NCBI GenBank assembly: GCA_964016885.1
Contig: OZ024744.1
Span: 58,032,001 to 58,096,000, forward strand
Direction of reading: 5' to 3'
Origin: Eledone cirrhosa
Taxonomy: Eukaryota
DNA length: 64,000 nucleotides
The position numbers and the translations under genes are program-made. Of the stretch, positions 1 through 14,957 are shown in pieces. How positions within the stretch are numbered: position 1 is the stretch's first letter; every line of letters begins with the position of its first letter. Below the pieces are notes generated by a model. The model made no database searches, was not told the DNA's origin, and saw only the letters and a list, made by a program, of their open reading frames with translations.

Positions 1-79
1 AAAATAAAATGTTTATAATCTGTTATAACATTTTAGGTACACAGTTGATAAGAGACGTCAAAAATTAAAACTTGTTTAT

Positions 80-1890
80 TTAGTGTTTTTTCCTGACATT
101 TTGCGAGACTTTGAATGTAGACAAAGCTTTATGGAGGCAGTTTGAGAATAATTCACTTTTTTTGTTAATTGAGTTTTCATAATTAGTAATTATTAATAGG
201 GTCTCCATAGTACAGAGGTTGCAGTTAGGTGATATTGACGAATTCGAGTAGATTCTACTATTACATAGCTTCGTCCAAAAAATCGAGTATTTTAAATTTT
301 TGTCTTTTAATGACCATATACGTTGTGATAAAGAAGTCGAAGACTTCCTATTAGGATTCGAAAAAGAGCGTTTGTGATTCCCAAATCTCGATTTAAATGT
401 CGAAGAAGTTGCCCCTATGTAATTGTATGTGATGTTATTTGCTTTTACGGTGCATTTATACACCAAATTTCTATCTAGACAATTATTTTGCAGAGGGCAA
501 TCTGGTTTATTTCTACAATTACATTTCGATTTATTATTATTATAATTTATATTAACACTATTATTACTTCAAAATGTTCTATTGATAGTGCTTATATTGC
601 TGTTAATGTTATTCATAGTATCAATATTGTTAGTGTTATTATATTCATTATTGTTATAAGTATGCGGATTCTGGTTTAGAATTCTACTATTTAATTTAGC
701 GATGTTTTTGGTCATATTCATAGTTGTAGAATAAGAAAGCTTAATTGTGTGTCTATTAAATATGGAACGGTATTTATGTTGAATAGGGAAGGAATTATCT
801 AAAGCTTTAAAGAATAGATTAGCGAGTGGTGTTTTTATTGCTACAGAAGCAGGGGGGGGGGGGGTAGGGACCATATAACTGATTTAGTTCTGGTTTTTTC
901 CCCCAATTTATTCACAGTACAGGTGTTTGAATTATAATTTTTAGAATTTCGTTTATACATGTCAGTCATATTATTATTTTTATCAGGATTAAGATTCAAA
1001 TTATTATTGTCAATATATTCTATATTATATTTATAACCTGCCTTTCTTAGCGCATCATTGTAATATCCTGCTTTTTCATCAAATATGGATTTATTAGCAG
1101 ATATTCTAGTTATGCGTTTCTGTACACTATTAACAATTGCATTTTTCACAGATTTAGGGTGATTAGAGTAATAACTAACGTAATTTAAGTTTTCATTGGG
1201 CTTATGGAAAGGGAAATAAAAACCAGAGTTTAAGTTAAGGGTAACATCAAGGAAATTAACTATTTTGGTACCACTTTCAACCTCTAATTTAAGGTCGTAA
1301 TTTTTAAAGAATTCAATTATAGTTTTCTTAACCCTATTTAGTTCTGTATTGCTGTGTTTGACAACCGTAAATAAAATATCGTCCCTATATAAACCACCGG
1401 TAATCTCCGGCAGTTTTCTATTTACCATATTTAAGATGAAAATCCCCAGAAGATCCGTGACTTGCGCTGAGACCGATGATCCCATGGTAATGTCAAAGTT
1501 TCTATTTCTATCAGAGCGGGTCCAATATTCATTGTTGAAATTAATTAGAGTTCTTCTAGCAGTTAATATGATATCGATTTCATCCGTAGTTAGATCTGTA
1601 TGTTTGTAAGCGTGGGATAAGGCCTTATTTAATAGGTTAGGTGTAATGGAAGAGTAATAGATTGCTATGTCCATTTGGATGAATTTGTGGTTTTTCTTAT
1701 CTATATTTTTAAACCAATCAATCACTTCATTGGTGTCTTTCCACAAGCTCAATTTAGACCTCAATTTCAGAATAGGTAGAATTCTATCAATAATATTCTT
1801 ACTGATTACTCCAATATCCGATTTAGATGGAGCAATCAGTCTAACTAGCAGGTCTTCCTCAATAAATAATTGTCTAAAGACTTGGTATTA
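80..1890 (-). mobile_element. Penelope-like retroelement remnant (RT + C-terminal GIY-YIG endonuclease), frameshifted, 5'-truncated
   Basis: ORF 841-1764 has RT motifs (MDIAIYYSSI, FDITMGS, GLYRDD, VNFLDVTLNL, YSNHP). ORF 80-466 is GIY-YIG (VYKC..YIGATSSTFKSRFGNHKRSF..CNLCTME..CLH). A frameshift lies at the poly-G run ~852-865. Upstream in-frame RLIAPSKSDIG. Assignment to the Hydra clade is inference only. Confidence 0.9.
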
Positions 1891-2404
1891 ACCTTCATAT
1901 GAATACACCCAATTATATTTAAAATTCCGATTGATGAATATTTTTAGATATTTCAATAATTCAATGAATTGAATTTTTTCGTTTTCCTAAAGCTAAGCCC
2001 AAATGTTGTTCTAATTTAATATCTCCCTATATTATTACATTATAAAAGTTATTCCTCTTTATCTATCTCTCTCTGTAATCAACTCTCTTTTGTTTTCTAG
2101 GCTCCTACTAGCTATATTATCCCCTCATCTGTTTCTTCCTCTATGTCTTTCTTTTCTTTCCTCTTTCTTCAGTAATTTAAATTATTTGAATCTTTAACAG
2201 TTATATTGCTGCCTTGTATTCTTTTAAGCTTTCTCACACGTACCCTCTCTATTATATGTATTATATGTATTATATGTATTATATGTGGGTTTTTTTCATG
2301 TTTTCAATATTAAGGTATATAAATATTGAGTTTTATCATATATTACTCACTACCATGACTGAATCTTAACCATTTACTATGTCAGGGTATGTCATGCATC
2401 ATCT

Positions 2405-2471
2405 TATTTTATCTGATGAGGACGTACTGTTGAAGTTAACTCAGTACCTCTGAAATATGTATAATAAAATA
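2405..2471 (+). ncRNA. Type I hammerhead ribozyme (canonical core)
   Basis: Helix I TATTTTAT/ATAAAATA; CTGATGA 2413-2419; helix II GTACTG/CAGTAC; GAAA 2452-2455; minimal helix III TATGTA; TA cleavage site. Confidence 0.75.
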
Positions 2472-2511
2472 TACTTGATCACAAGAATATCTATTTTGTT
2501 AATATTTTGAA

Positions 2512-2690
<179 letters not shown>

Positions 2691-2794
2691 AGAGAAGAGA
2701 CAGTAAAAGAGCCTGAACAATTATTGCAGGCATTTATTTGTCAGGGGCTCTGATAACACACGCTCACATGTATATACATATATATATCTATATA

Positions 2795-2877
<83 letters not shown>

Positions 2878-2878
2878 G

Positions 2879-2940
<62 letters not shown>

Positions 2941-3178
2941 AAATATTAAAAAAATAATGAATAAAACAATGAAACAGTTCCTTATATTAAACAAAAAAAG
3001 TTCATTATTTAACGATCGTCTCTAGGATATATATGTGTTAGAATTGGCATGCATATTCAACAGATCTATGTACAAAATTATACAAAATTATACAAACTAT
3101 CAAAATTAAATATACATACCCAAACATATATATGCCGTCTTCAGAATTTTCAGATTTATCTACATACATATATATATG

Positions 3179-3295
<117 letters not shown>

Positions 3296-3306
3296 TAACA
3301 GATTAA

Positions 3307-3357
3307 AGTTTAAGCAAAGAATCGCTGCTTTCACCCTTAACGGGATCTTCTGAAACT
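3307..3357 (-). ncRNA. Hammerhead ribozyme variant (U4A core)
   Basis: Reverse complement reads AGTTT CAGAAGA T CCC gttaa GGG T GAAA GCA gcgattctt TGC TT AAACT. Confidence 0.6.
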
Positions 3358-3544
3358 AACAAAGTCAATCTGTGAACGCAGAAGTGAATAATTCAAAATA
3401 CGTTGCAACCGGAAGAAGACAGGAAGACGATACTTTGGTTCGTGGAAACGTTCCCTGGCAAAGAACGGGAAAAAACGAATATATACGTCATTATTTATCC
3501 TTATCGAGCCCTCTTTGGACTTTAGTCTTCAAATTTATTGTTAT

Positions 3545-3885
<341 letters not shown>

Positions 3886-5677
3886 TCTACACTCTACTCT
3901 GCTGAATATTGAGTGCTAATTTTAGCATACCGCCTATGGAAGCACCATAGCTACCATTATACACAACTATATATATATATTGTTATACTTGGGGAGGGTC
4001 ATATTGTTGTAATAACATTGCCAAAAATAATAACTGAACACACTCACTGTTTGGTTGGTTTTTGCTTCTGTATCTTTTATATCTCCAAAGTTAATTCATT
4101 TGGGAATCAATGTTTATCATTGACTGACCAACGGTTAAAAATACAGATATATATATATAGTCTAACAGAGTTCTTTGCACATCTGCAACATCATCAGTGG
4201 TGCTATTATCATGTTTCCTCCTATTGTGCTGTATTGTAGTGTTTACGCCATTTTTATCCTTTTTATAGCTATATATATATTTATAGTTATATATATATAT
4301 ATTTGAAAAAAAAATGAAAAGAATGATTTCACTTTTTGTGTTAAATAATTTGATTTAATTTTATAATATTATAATATTATGAGTTGGTAGATCTACTTTG
4401 TCCACCCACTTCAATGTGTTCGCAAGTTCCGCATCGAGGGTCCTCGCATTTCTTAACTTGCATTGCTTCATTATTAGACGTAAATTTTGCCTTGGTAAGC
4501 AGTTTCTTTAGGTTGGGTGCTTGGTGTCTACTATATATAATTTGTGCGTCTTTTATGAGTGCATTCATTTTAGGGGACTGCTGGAGAATCGGGAGATATT
4601 GTTTGGCGGCTTTCACAATGTTGTAGTTCCTTGGATTGTGAGTGATGACAAAAGGGATAACTGTTTTTCCATTCTATTGTGTTGCTTTGTTTTTCTCAGT
4701 GTTGTCACTGGGATGTTCTGGGCTTTGGAGATGGCTGTGTTGATGAGGCTCACCGGATATTCTTGTCTTTTAAGGAACTCTTTTAATTCATATAATTTTT
4801 TTTTCCTATAGTGTTGGGGGTGTTACTACGGTGCAGATGCGTCTTGCCATGTTAAAAGGAATGTTCCTTTTAGTATGTGAGGGGTGTGCTGAACGGAAAT
4901 TCAAGTATTGGTGTGTGTTTGTTGGCTTGTAAAATAAGTCCATTTTGATATTTTACCCTTCCTTAATGACAAGGATATCCCTTTTGTCATATTTTCCCCT
5001 TCCTTAATGACAAGGATATCCCTTTTGTCATAACTCACAATCCAAGGAACTACAACATTGTGAAAGCCGCCAAACAATATCTCCCGATTCTCCAGCAGTC
5101 CCCTAAAATGAATGCACTCATAAAAGACGCACAAATTATATATAGTAGACACCAAGCACCCAACCTAAAGAAACTGCTTACCAAGGCAAAATGTATGTCT
5201 AATAAATTATGAAGCAATGCAAGTTAAGAAATGCGGAACTTGCGAACACATTGAAGTGGGTGGACAAACTAGATCTATCAACTCATAATAATATCTATAC
5301 ATATATATATAACTGTAGTTGTGTGTGTGTCCTCATTTTTGCAAAGTCTATACAAATCCACATTTCTACTCCGATTGACTTCAAACTTGCATTTATATAT
5401 TCCTTGCGGTCTAAAGATATTAACTGCAGCTTTTATTTTTCAATTTTCTGTTGTTAAAGGGGTGTTAGCCGGTTATCGATCTCCGTCGCGCCCTTATAAT
5501 ATATGTCTGTATGTCTGCATTACGACATTATGACAAACATTGATGACGTATTATGTTCGCTATTTTCCATTCATTGCCAGGGAACATCTTCATGAACCAA
5601 AGTATCGTCTTCCTGTTTTCCTTCGGTTGCAACGTTTTTCGAAATATTTAATTCTGCGTTCACAGATTGATTTTTTT

Positions 5678-5728
5678 AGTTTCAGAAGATCCCATTAAGG
5701 GTGAAAGCAGCGATTCTTTGCTTAAACT
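5678..5728 (+). ncRNA. Hammerhead ribozyme variant (U4A core) in PLE 3' pseudo-LTR
   Basis: AGTTT CAGAAGA T CCC attaa GGG T GAAA GCA..TGC TT AAACT; downstream of and co-oriented with the + strand PLE fragment. Confidence 0.6.
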
Positions 5729-7069
5729 TTAATCTGTTATTTTAATATATAATATAAGCGAGGCAAGCCAGCCCAGTTGCCACTTCTTGCCAATAAACAT
5801 TAACCCTTTGTGCGCCATTCATCTAACTGTAGACCAACAAATACCAACTAAACGGAGTGTTGACAAGAACGATGGCGAATGAATCTTCGAGGTAAGCAGT
5901 TTACTCCCGAGCTGTTAGTTCACGTGGGATTCTCTGCTACACCTTTTCCTAATAATACCGAACAACGTACTGCTGGTCACTCCTTCCTCCAAAAGCCGTA
6001 CAAAGCGGACATGTGCATCGGGCAGATGGATCGGGTGTAAATCTACACCAGGCCTAAGCGAGAAATTCGCAAGGGACTGCACCGAGAGGGATAGAGAGAA
6101 AGAGTAACTTAGTGGAAAGAGTGCGAATGAACTTTTGAGGTAAGTAGCCTATGCCTTACTGCTATGACACTGGTACCTTCTGCCAACTTAACCTGTGACT
6201 TTCTCTTTCACATTTACTCCAATAGGCCAAAACAGAGGAGTATGAAAAGGGGCTCAACAGTATTTCTATGAACAATGCACGTAGACAGCTAAACTGTACT
6301 TTCAACTTCTTAATTTTCTCCAAATAAAACAAGTTTCCTGTCAGTATATTTTCATGAGTTTTTAACAGGCACTCACAAATAAACGTTTCTCATTGGAGGT
6401 GCTATTACCAATATTCTTACATGTGCAACGCCAGGATACACTGCTAGTAATATTATAAAATTAAATCAAATTATTTAACACTACAAGTGAAGTCATTCTT
6501 TTCCTTTTTTTCAAATATATCGAACTGTACCAAGGATCTCACACATTTTCCTATATATATATATATATAATTGGAGGCTTAGTAAAATCGAATCCTTGGT
6601 GGTCTGCAAGCAAATTCGACCTACGATATGAATGAGTTAGCAAAGCACTCGACAAGGTAGGTCCTCAGAGTAATAACATACGTTTAAATAGCTTGACAAA
6701 TTGAACATTGTGGTAGGCAAAATCTAACACACAATACCAAAGTAACGAAAGAACTAACAGGTTGAAAAATACACCTGGACAAATCAAACATTGTACGTTT
6801 AAAGTGTTTCTATGAATCCGAAATCAAATATTAGACTTACGTAACTGGCAAGCTCGTGGTATTCATGATCGAACAGTATATATATATATATATATATACA
6901 TATATACATATACATACACACACACATATACATGTGTGTGTGTGTATGTTGTCAGAGCGACTGATAAATAAATGCCTGCAACAATTTTCAAGCTCTTTGT
7001 TCCAAGTTCAAATTCCTTCTGGAGCTGATAATTAAAGTACTGGTCAAGAATTGGAATTAATTATTCTCT

Positions 7070-7114
<45 letters not shown>

Positions 7115-7131
7115 ACTCTCTCTCTCTCTCA

Positions 7132-7190
<59 letters not shown>

Positions 7191-7527
7191 CTCTCTCTCT
7201 CAGAGACTACACTACACAGTGAGAGGGTCATGAGCCCTTCCTCCAAGAAATGTAGGAGGGTTGATCTAGGGACTGTATTAATCTCATCTCATATGTTACA
7301 CACAGTCAGTGATAGATAGATATATATACACACCATACACATACAGTCATATCCACATGCCCACACACACATATATATGTATATATATGTGTGTGTGTGT
7401 GTGTATGTGTTTATATATGGTTTTGGTATGCTCTTTCTATCAGCAGCTCTGTTACAGAATTTGCTGGATGTATATCATTTTGGCACTAGCATTAGGGATG
7501 TTGGCATGTCTTTTTACCCTTTTTTCT

Positions 7528-7717
7528 GGCGGTGGATTGGCAGTATTGGTAGAGAGTCGGACGCCATGCTTCCCAACATAGAGTTACGTCCCTTTATGGA
7601 CTCGGTTCAAATCTCGCCGAGGTTAACTTTGCCTTTCATCCTTACAGGGTCAATAAAATAAAGTACCAGTAATGTACTAGGGTAATTGCTGGTTTTGTAC
7701 CAAAAGTAGAAACAATT
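7528..7717 (+). mobile_element. tRNA-derived SINE, family A
   Basis: Box A-like TGGCAGTATTGG and box B GGTTCAAATC, then GAGGTTAACTTTGCCTTTCATCC..AAAATAAAGTACCAG. Other copies at ~15880, 26626, 33696, 33822, 34359, 34556, 34790 and 40076. Confidence 0.85.
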
Positions 7718-7869
7718 ATATATAATATAAATTGTGTTTCTCATGTATAATAATACGTTAAAATGATATAACATATCATTCTAATCAAATGTTTATATAA
7801 ATTTACTGATTCATGGCATTATCCTAAAGTTTCTCTAACTGAAAATTATACATACATTTGACTTGTATC

Positions 7870-8520
7870 ATTATCATCATTGTTTAATGTCTATTCTCCT
7901 ATGCTTACATGGGTTAGACGGGTTGTCACATTATGAGACAAGTCATGTCAGGTGACCACATCTTGTTCATACAGATTTGTATTTTAGTTTGGTTTTTACG
8001 GCTGCATGCCCTTCCTAACGCCTAACGCCTTACAGGATGAAGTGGGTACTTTTTTTGTTCTTATGTCACCAGTTCAACAACCTTACAGGGGGGGACAAGG
8101 TGCTTTATTTTTCATGTCACCAGCATGACCACATTACCAAATTACTGGGTAGATTGGGTGCTTTTTATCGAGGTACCAAAACAATGAACCTTCAAGGTGG
8201 ACTGTGTGGTTCCATTGTATCACCAGCACAGGGTAGACTGAGTGCTTTTTGTTGTGTCACCAATAGGACCACATAACAGGGTGGTCTGACTGCTTTTATT
8301 CTTATGTCACAAGCACAACCTCCTTACAGGGTGAACTGGGTGCTTTTTTTTCTCATATCACCATCAGTTTCACCTTTCAGAATGGACTGGGTGGTTTTGT
8401 TGTTGTTGTTTTTTTTTTGTTTTTGTTTTTTGTCTCCAACATGACCACTATACAGGATGGACTAGGAGCCTCTTGTGTCACTAGCAATACCACCTTTGGA
8501 CTTAGTGTTTTTTTGTTGTG
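7870..8520 (-). repeat. RTE-type 3' UTR followed by a degenerate array of the 48-bp unit
   Basis: (ATC)n tail, GCCCTTCCTAAC motif and diverged copies of ..ACAG.GTGGACTGGGTGCTTTTT..ATGTCACCA.. Confidence 0.65.
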
Positions 8521-8763
8521 ACAACATTGTGGAAGATAAGATGTGGAGTATGACCAGCTTTCCATGCTTGTATGCATGGATTGAGCAGGAGTGGTGGATC
8601 ATAGGTGAGGAATAATGGTTGGGGTGGAGAACAGGTAAGTTATTTCAACATTGATGAGGTGAGTGGGATATTTAGCTGGTGAGGTGGGAAGTTATTATGA
8701 CAGGATAGGGTGAACAGGGGAAGGAAGAGAGAGAAGATTGGTGCAAAATAGTGTCCTCTATAT

Positions 8764-9046
8764 CAGAAGTCCTCAACCACTGGGCCACAAAGAAATAATT
8801 AACTTGTTTTAAATTATACAATAGATAAATTGAATATTGGACTTTAATTTTAAAAAATATTTGTTTAAATATTCAATATTCATATACTCAACACACTTAT
8901 TTCCTTCCCTTTAATAAATTGCTCTTTTTATTATTGCTCTCGTTATCGAAATGCATTTAAATAACACATATTTGCAACTACCGGTCCACAGAAAGATTGT
9001 CCAGCATGAAGCCAGTCCATGGTATAACAAAAGTTGGAGACCTCTG
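8764..9046. mobile_element. hAT (Charlie-like) MITE
   Basis: Imperfect TIRs CAGAAGTCCTCAAC / GTTGGAGACCTCTG; perfect 8-bp TSD CTCTATAT on both sides. Confidence 0.85.
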
Positions 9047-9640
9047 CTCTATATGTTTGTTTCATTCCTTGCACATGTGAAGGCGGGTCTTCTGCAGTGC
9101 CACATAACAGCATCATTTACCTTAACTTGAACATAAACAAATCTACATCAAACTAATGCTATCCATGATCTGAAGCAAATGAAATCCATAATCTTTTATT
9201 CAATCCCACACACTTGATTCATTCTGTACAAGACAAAGTAAAACAAATAAAATATGTCCTTGTAAACCACACCCCCAAACTTCCCAGCAAAACAAAAACC
9301 AACCCAAACCAATTAATTATATTGGGATGATGGATGTCATCAGGCTGCAGCAATCATGTTACAAACAACTTGTGTACACTTGTATATAAATATTTACTTG
9401 TATGTACACTGACTACATCTAGTTATAAATTCCCAAATTTAAATTTCCTTTCAGTCTGGATTTTTTAATTTTTTATTTAATCAATTGAACAATTTGACAG
9501 GATGAATAATTTTGTTTTGTCGTGTGCACACATTTATCAATTTTACTGTTGATGATTCTGTTTAAAAGATAAAACTAAATTGGTTCAGGATGTCTCATGT
9601 CTTTCACCTTCATCATAAACAAAAACTATTATATATATTA

Positions 9641-10431
9641 CTATCAGCAGTACCCAGCGTTGCCTGGGTAGGTAAAATAATATCTGCTTTGATGAAAAGG
9701 TGTTGATCTTAGCGACTGCTTCTCGATGACTCATCTATGGCCACACACAGGCCATGCGAGGGATGGTGGTGATGAGCTCTATCACTGAGAAACGCGGGTG
9801 ACTGACGAAGGGGCATGCTGGGGGAGGGAGTTTCGAATTTGAATGAAATCGGTTGAAAAATGTGGGAGCTAGAGCCGAAAAGGCGGAAATTTGAGCGAAA
9901 AGGTGGTATTTTCGAATATTTAAGCGGCTGCTACGCCATTCCTGAACAAAAAATCTAAAGTGTAAAGCCACTTCAAGACGTGAAATAATCAGATCTAGCG
10001 TAGTGTAAAATTTGAACAAAGTAGGTTGATTAATGTGGGAGCTAGAGCCGAAAAAGTGGAAATTTGAGTCTAAAAGTGGTATTTTTTAATATTTAAGCAG
10101 CTGCCACGCCGTCCTTGAACAACAAAGGCAAAATATAAAGCCATTACAGGATGTGCAATGATAAATTCTATTTTGCTTTAAAATTTGAACAAAATCAGTG
10201 GCAAAATGTGGGAGCTAGAGCCAAAAATCTTATTTTTCGATACCTAAAAAAAGGTGATTTTTTATCTGCAGAATGACCCCGGAATAAAAAAAACGATACG
10301 CTGATATATAGAAAACACTCCCCGATGACTAATCTATGAGCCTGTAAAGTTTCATGAAAATCGGTCGTAAGATGTAGGCCCGTATAGGTAATACACAGAC
10401 ACACACATACTTAATTTTATATATATACAGA
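9641..10431 (-). mobile_element. Non-autonomous Helitron
   Basis: On the minus strand it starts TC(TGTATATATATAAAA) and ends with hairpin ACCCAGGcaacGCTGGGT then ATAG|T. It has three internal ~172-bp repeats (AATGTGGGAGCTAGAGCC at ~9859, 10032, 10205). Confidence 0.7.
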
Positions 10432-10484
10432 TATGTGCATGTATGCATACATGTATGTCTATGTGTGTGTGTATATAAATATAA

Positions 10485-12700
10485 TCATCATCCTCATCAT
10501 TATCCTTTAGCATCTATTTGTCCATGTTAGTGTGGGTTAGACAAGCTGTCCTGTTATGAGACAAGGCATATCAGATGACCATGTCTTGCTCACACAAAAC
10601 TGATTTTCGCCTGATTTCTACAGCTGGATGCCCTTCCTAATGCAAATCACATTTATAGTGTGTACTGGGTGCTTCTTGTTGTGACACCTACACAACCACT
10701 TAACAGTGTGGACTGGGCGCTTTTTATCATGACACCAAAATGACCACTGCATAGTGTGGACTGGGAGGGGTGGCGCATGGGGATGGGAGAGGTAGATCTA
10801 GGGTTGGAGAACTTCTCAGTTGCGGGTTGGTGGGTAGGGACATGGGTGAAGGGTGGGGTGTTAGGACGTGTGTGGGGAAGGTAGGGGAAAGTGGTGCATT
10901 CTGAATTCATGCTTCAACCTGTGCATAGGGTATAATTGCATAACACCAGAGATCTTGATGCTGTATCATCATCTTAGAGAGGTCAGCCTTTATCACCACA
11001 TCCCAAATCTTCCTAAGTCTTCCTACTCCATAGCTACTTTCAACTTTGAACAACCTGCACTTTTTTATACAGCTGTCATCCTTCATACTTGTCCATACCA
11101 ATGCAATCTTTTCTCCTGCACACTGTATGTGATCCCTCTTAAGCTTAGTTTATCTCAGTTTATTTACGCTTTGTCATTCATGTATATTACTATTACACAT
11201 GCAATGAAGCATGTTAGCTTCTTTTCTTTCCAATCTTCACAGATCCTCTGCAAACAGAGCCCATGTCTCACTACCATGCAACATGACTACTCATGCATCA
11301 TACAATCTGCCCTTCATTTTTAGGGGAAAACCTTTAGTAGCTAGCAGCAGTAATAGCTCCCTGAACTTTTCCCATCTTGTCTTCAGTCTGGCTACTGTAC
11401 TTTCTGAACAACCATCTGCTAATTTAGTCACCCAAGTAACAGAAGATGTCAACTGCTTCTACAGAACCTTCCAAGAATTTGATAGCACTTGTTTCCTATG
11501 AGCGTTTGTTACTTACTGCACCTGTGCAAACCCACATGTAAAACTTACATTCTTAGCTAACTTATCTTGGATCCCACTACATCTCTTGTGCACCCATAAC
11601 TGGCATTTGGGACAGAGGATAGGATGGAATTTCTACACACCCTTTTCCTACACACTGAGCAGGGCCATTTCCCAGAATGTATCAGGGCCTTGTTTTCCTT
11701 TCTACTTACTAAAACTCTGATCTTTGCCAAGTTGACTTGAAGACCTTTTGATTTCAGGTTATGCTTCCAGATCAGGAATCTTTTCTCTAGTTCTGTCATA
11801 GATTCAGCTATGAGAGTTAGATTATCAGCATACAGTAGTTCCCTTGAGCATCCTGTTGTAAACTCTTCTGTCATAGCCTGGAGGACAATAATAAACAGGA
11901 GAGGGCTAAAAACAAAGCTTTGGTGGAACTCAACTTGCACACTAAACTCCTTGCTACAGTCCTTATTAATTTTAACCTTGCTCACAGCACCTCTGTATTT
12001 GTACCACCCCTACTAGCCACTCTTCTTCTTCTTTCCTAAGTGCCCACCAGATAACAGAATGGGGGACCCTGTCAAAAGCTTTCTTTAGGTCGACAAATGC
12101 CAAGTAGAGGGGTTTGCCTTCAGCTAGCTACTTCTCCTGCAGATATCCTACAAGAAAGAGGGTATCCATGGTACTTCTAGCTGGAACAAATCCAAACTGC
12201 ATCTCATCTAGGTTAATTCGTTCCCTAATCAGTTGTATAATTACTCTTTCTGTAACTTTCATTACCTAGTCCATCAGTTTTAGGCCTTGCTAGTTCACCC
12301 TATCTAGGGCATCACCCTTGCCTTTGTAGCAATTAACGGTGCTGCTTCTATGCCAGTCATTGAGTATGGCACCAATTTGTATTACTTGGTTAACAATATA
12401 AGTAGTTTTGGTGTGTCCTACCATCCCAGATGGTTTCAGCAACTATACCCAATGGCCCCGCTGCTTTGCCTATTTTCGTGTCCTTAATTACTTTACTTGC
12501 TACACTGCTGCTGACTTGCATCACTGGTCCCTCTGTAGGGTCTACATAGGGCAGGTGCACTTCCTCTCTCACATTCTCCTCATTCATCAGCCTCTGAAAA
12601 TAACATTTCCATGCTGCCTTCTTTTCAGTTTCAGTGAGGGCAAGTACACCATTGTCATCTCAGACACATTTCTGCCTCACAACTTTACTATTTTCCCTAA
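10485..12700 (-). mobile_element. RTE-clade LINE, decayed and 5'-truncated
   Basis: Fragments KAAGPLGIVAE, LAFVDLKKAFDR, FSPLLFIIVLQAM..LLYADNL, KWPCSVCRK, MKDDSCIKKC; 3' UTR ends in (ATG)n. Confidence 0.9.
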
Positions 12701-13564
12701 CACACATGCTCAAACATACACATACACACACATGCATATACACAAATCTAACAGCAAATGTGTTCACACAGACAAATAAATACAACAGTATGCACTACTT
12801 AGATACATTCTGAATGAAATATTTCTTTAAATATTTTCTTTATCAATTACGTATTTTACAAACATTTTTCAAACAATTGTTTGAAATGTACTAATGTCAG
12901 GCTACATTTTCGATTTTTATTTAATATGAATTGTAAGTATGGAAGGATAGTAAATAGATGAAATTAAATAATTATTGTTTTGTTTACACAAATTGAGTTT
13001 CGAGACAGTTTTCCAAAGCATTGTAGCAATATAATGATTTCAAATGATTAAAAGCCCAAAGAATGCAGAATTAAAATGTAGTGTTTTATTCAAAATTTTC
13101 AGTCTAAAGTGACTTCCATCGGTGAATATAAGAACTGTTTTGTTTTTTTCACACCTGGAACTGTTTTTGCAAAGCTTGAAAAAGCATAACATTTTGTATA
13201 CAGATTTAAATTGTAAGTATGGAAGAATATCTGTGACATAATTGAGATGATAAATAGACATTTAAACAGTTATTTAGCTTGTATTTAGGCTTGATATCTG
13301 CATATATTGAAGAGTTTTTTCTGTTTTGTGGTTACTCTGTTCAATGATTAATACATCATATCTGTATAACATACTTACATATATTAAAGATAATCTCAGT
13401 CTCCATCTCTCACACACAAAACACATACACACAATGGGCGTCCTTACAATTTCTGTCCACCAAATTTGTTCACAAGGCATTAGTTAACCAATGGCTATAG
13501 TGAAAGATACTTGTTCAAGGTGCCACACACACAAAACACAAATTTTGTTAAATTTTGTGTCTAA

Positions 13565-13773
13565 TCCTTTAGCATTTACATTACTAGATATTTACTATTA
13601 TATTTTCACGGTAAAAGCTTTAATTCATATAATTACCTAATCTATGAGATTTTGATATTATTTATTTTGAAAACAATACCTTAACTTCAGTATCAGCAAC
13701 CGGTTACGGCCGGTTTGAACAGAAAGAAGTGAGAGAGTTCTGGCCAGATATAGCCAGTTTAGATGCTAAAGGG
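13565..13773. mobile_element. piggyBac-type MITE (degenerate copy)
   Basis: CCTTTAGCATTTA..TAGATGCTAAAGGG; homologous to 41819-42026. Confidence 0.7.
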
Positions 13774-14042
13774 CAAAATCCGTTCCCTCTCTCTTTCAAT
13801 CAATGACTTTCTATATCTTGCACACCAACTGTCACCATACACCCTATTTTCTGAAGGTGCTCTACCTGTAACTATCCACCTTCTGGAATGATGCTCCAGC
13901 CATGACTCTCCAGTACAGTTACTACCATGATTCTCATTCAACAAAATGGTTACTAATTCAGTGCATTATATCCTGGGCAACACTGGAAAAGTGGATGTGA
14001 AATGAGGATTATATATACATATATATATATATTTCATACATT

Positions 14043-14370
14043 AACAGAGAAAGCTTTAAGCAATACTCCGACCGGCTTCTGTCTCACTCAACAAACATTA
14101 GGATATACCTTAGTATAATCCCAATTTTACGTTTGGGGTGCTAACTATACGTATTTTGCAGATAGCCAGTTGTATTATTTTATATGAGCCATAATTAAAG
14201 TACATCTCCCTTTCCAAACAATTGTTTCATTATAAGTTTTCTACAAATTGGGAAAATAATGTCCAGGTTATGTAGAAGCCTACACATAGTCCGTAGGAAT
14301 ATATGTAGGTGGGCACTTATAAATCATCAGTGGATGCCCGACAAACATCGATATAGAAAAAATCCTTACC
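14043..14370. repeat. TA-adjacent interspersed repeat of unknown class
   Basis: Diverged homolog at ~50102-50442 (TCTCACTCAACAAACATTAGG, CAAACAATTGTTTCATTATAAGTTTTCTACAA, GGTGGGCACTTATAAATCATCAGTGG). Confidence 0.7.
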
Positions 14371-14957
14371 GATATTAATGTTCAGCGATGGTGCCCTTCC
14401 GTGTCAGAATGACCGTCAAATTTTAAATTCCAGCAGTCTCACAATGAGAGATCTCACACTGCCATCAAGCGGAAAGGGGAGGTCATCGCAAAACATAAGA
14501 GAATAAAATAATATGCACGCGGGTCAATTAATTCTTTCAATAATTTTAACCTTGCATGTGAAGAACTCAATTGGATATAAGAAAATAAATATATGCATGT
14601 ATTATTTATACACGCATATAGGTATTTTCTTAGGCTAAAAACAGAGATATGATACCGGAAGAACAATCAATATTTCATACAGAGAATATATATATATATA
14701 GTTTTGCAGGATTTCTTATCTGAAAACATGTGTTGAAACAGATATTGTTATACTTTGGGAGTGTCATGCACCTATTTATTTTCACTTATATATGTGTGTG
14801 TGTGTGTGTCCACACTGTAATCGGGTTGGTAACAAGACAAAAAGGACACAGATCACACTGTAAGGTGATCGTGTAGATGTCATGGCAAAAAGCACCCAGT
14901 CCACACTATAAATGTGGTTGGTGCTTGGAAGGGCATCCAGTCATAAAAACCAAACCA

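Noticed and set aside
5810-6135. HDV-like ribozymes suggested by GCGAAUG
   Set aside because: Could not build P1/P1.1/P3 with acceptable loop lengths
6614-6672. Minus-strand CTGAG-GACCTAC..GTAGGTC-GAA hammerhead-like string
   Set aside because: Core is short, there is no GAAA/UH junction and no helix I
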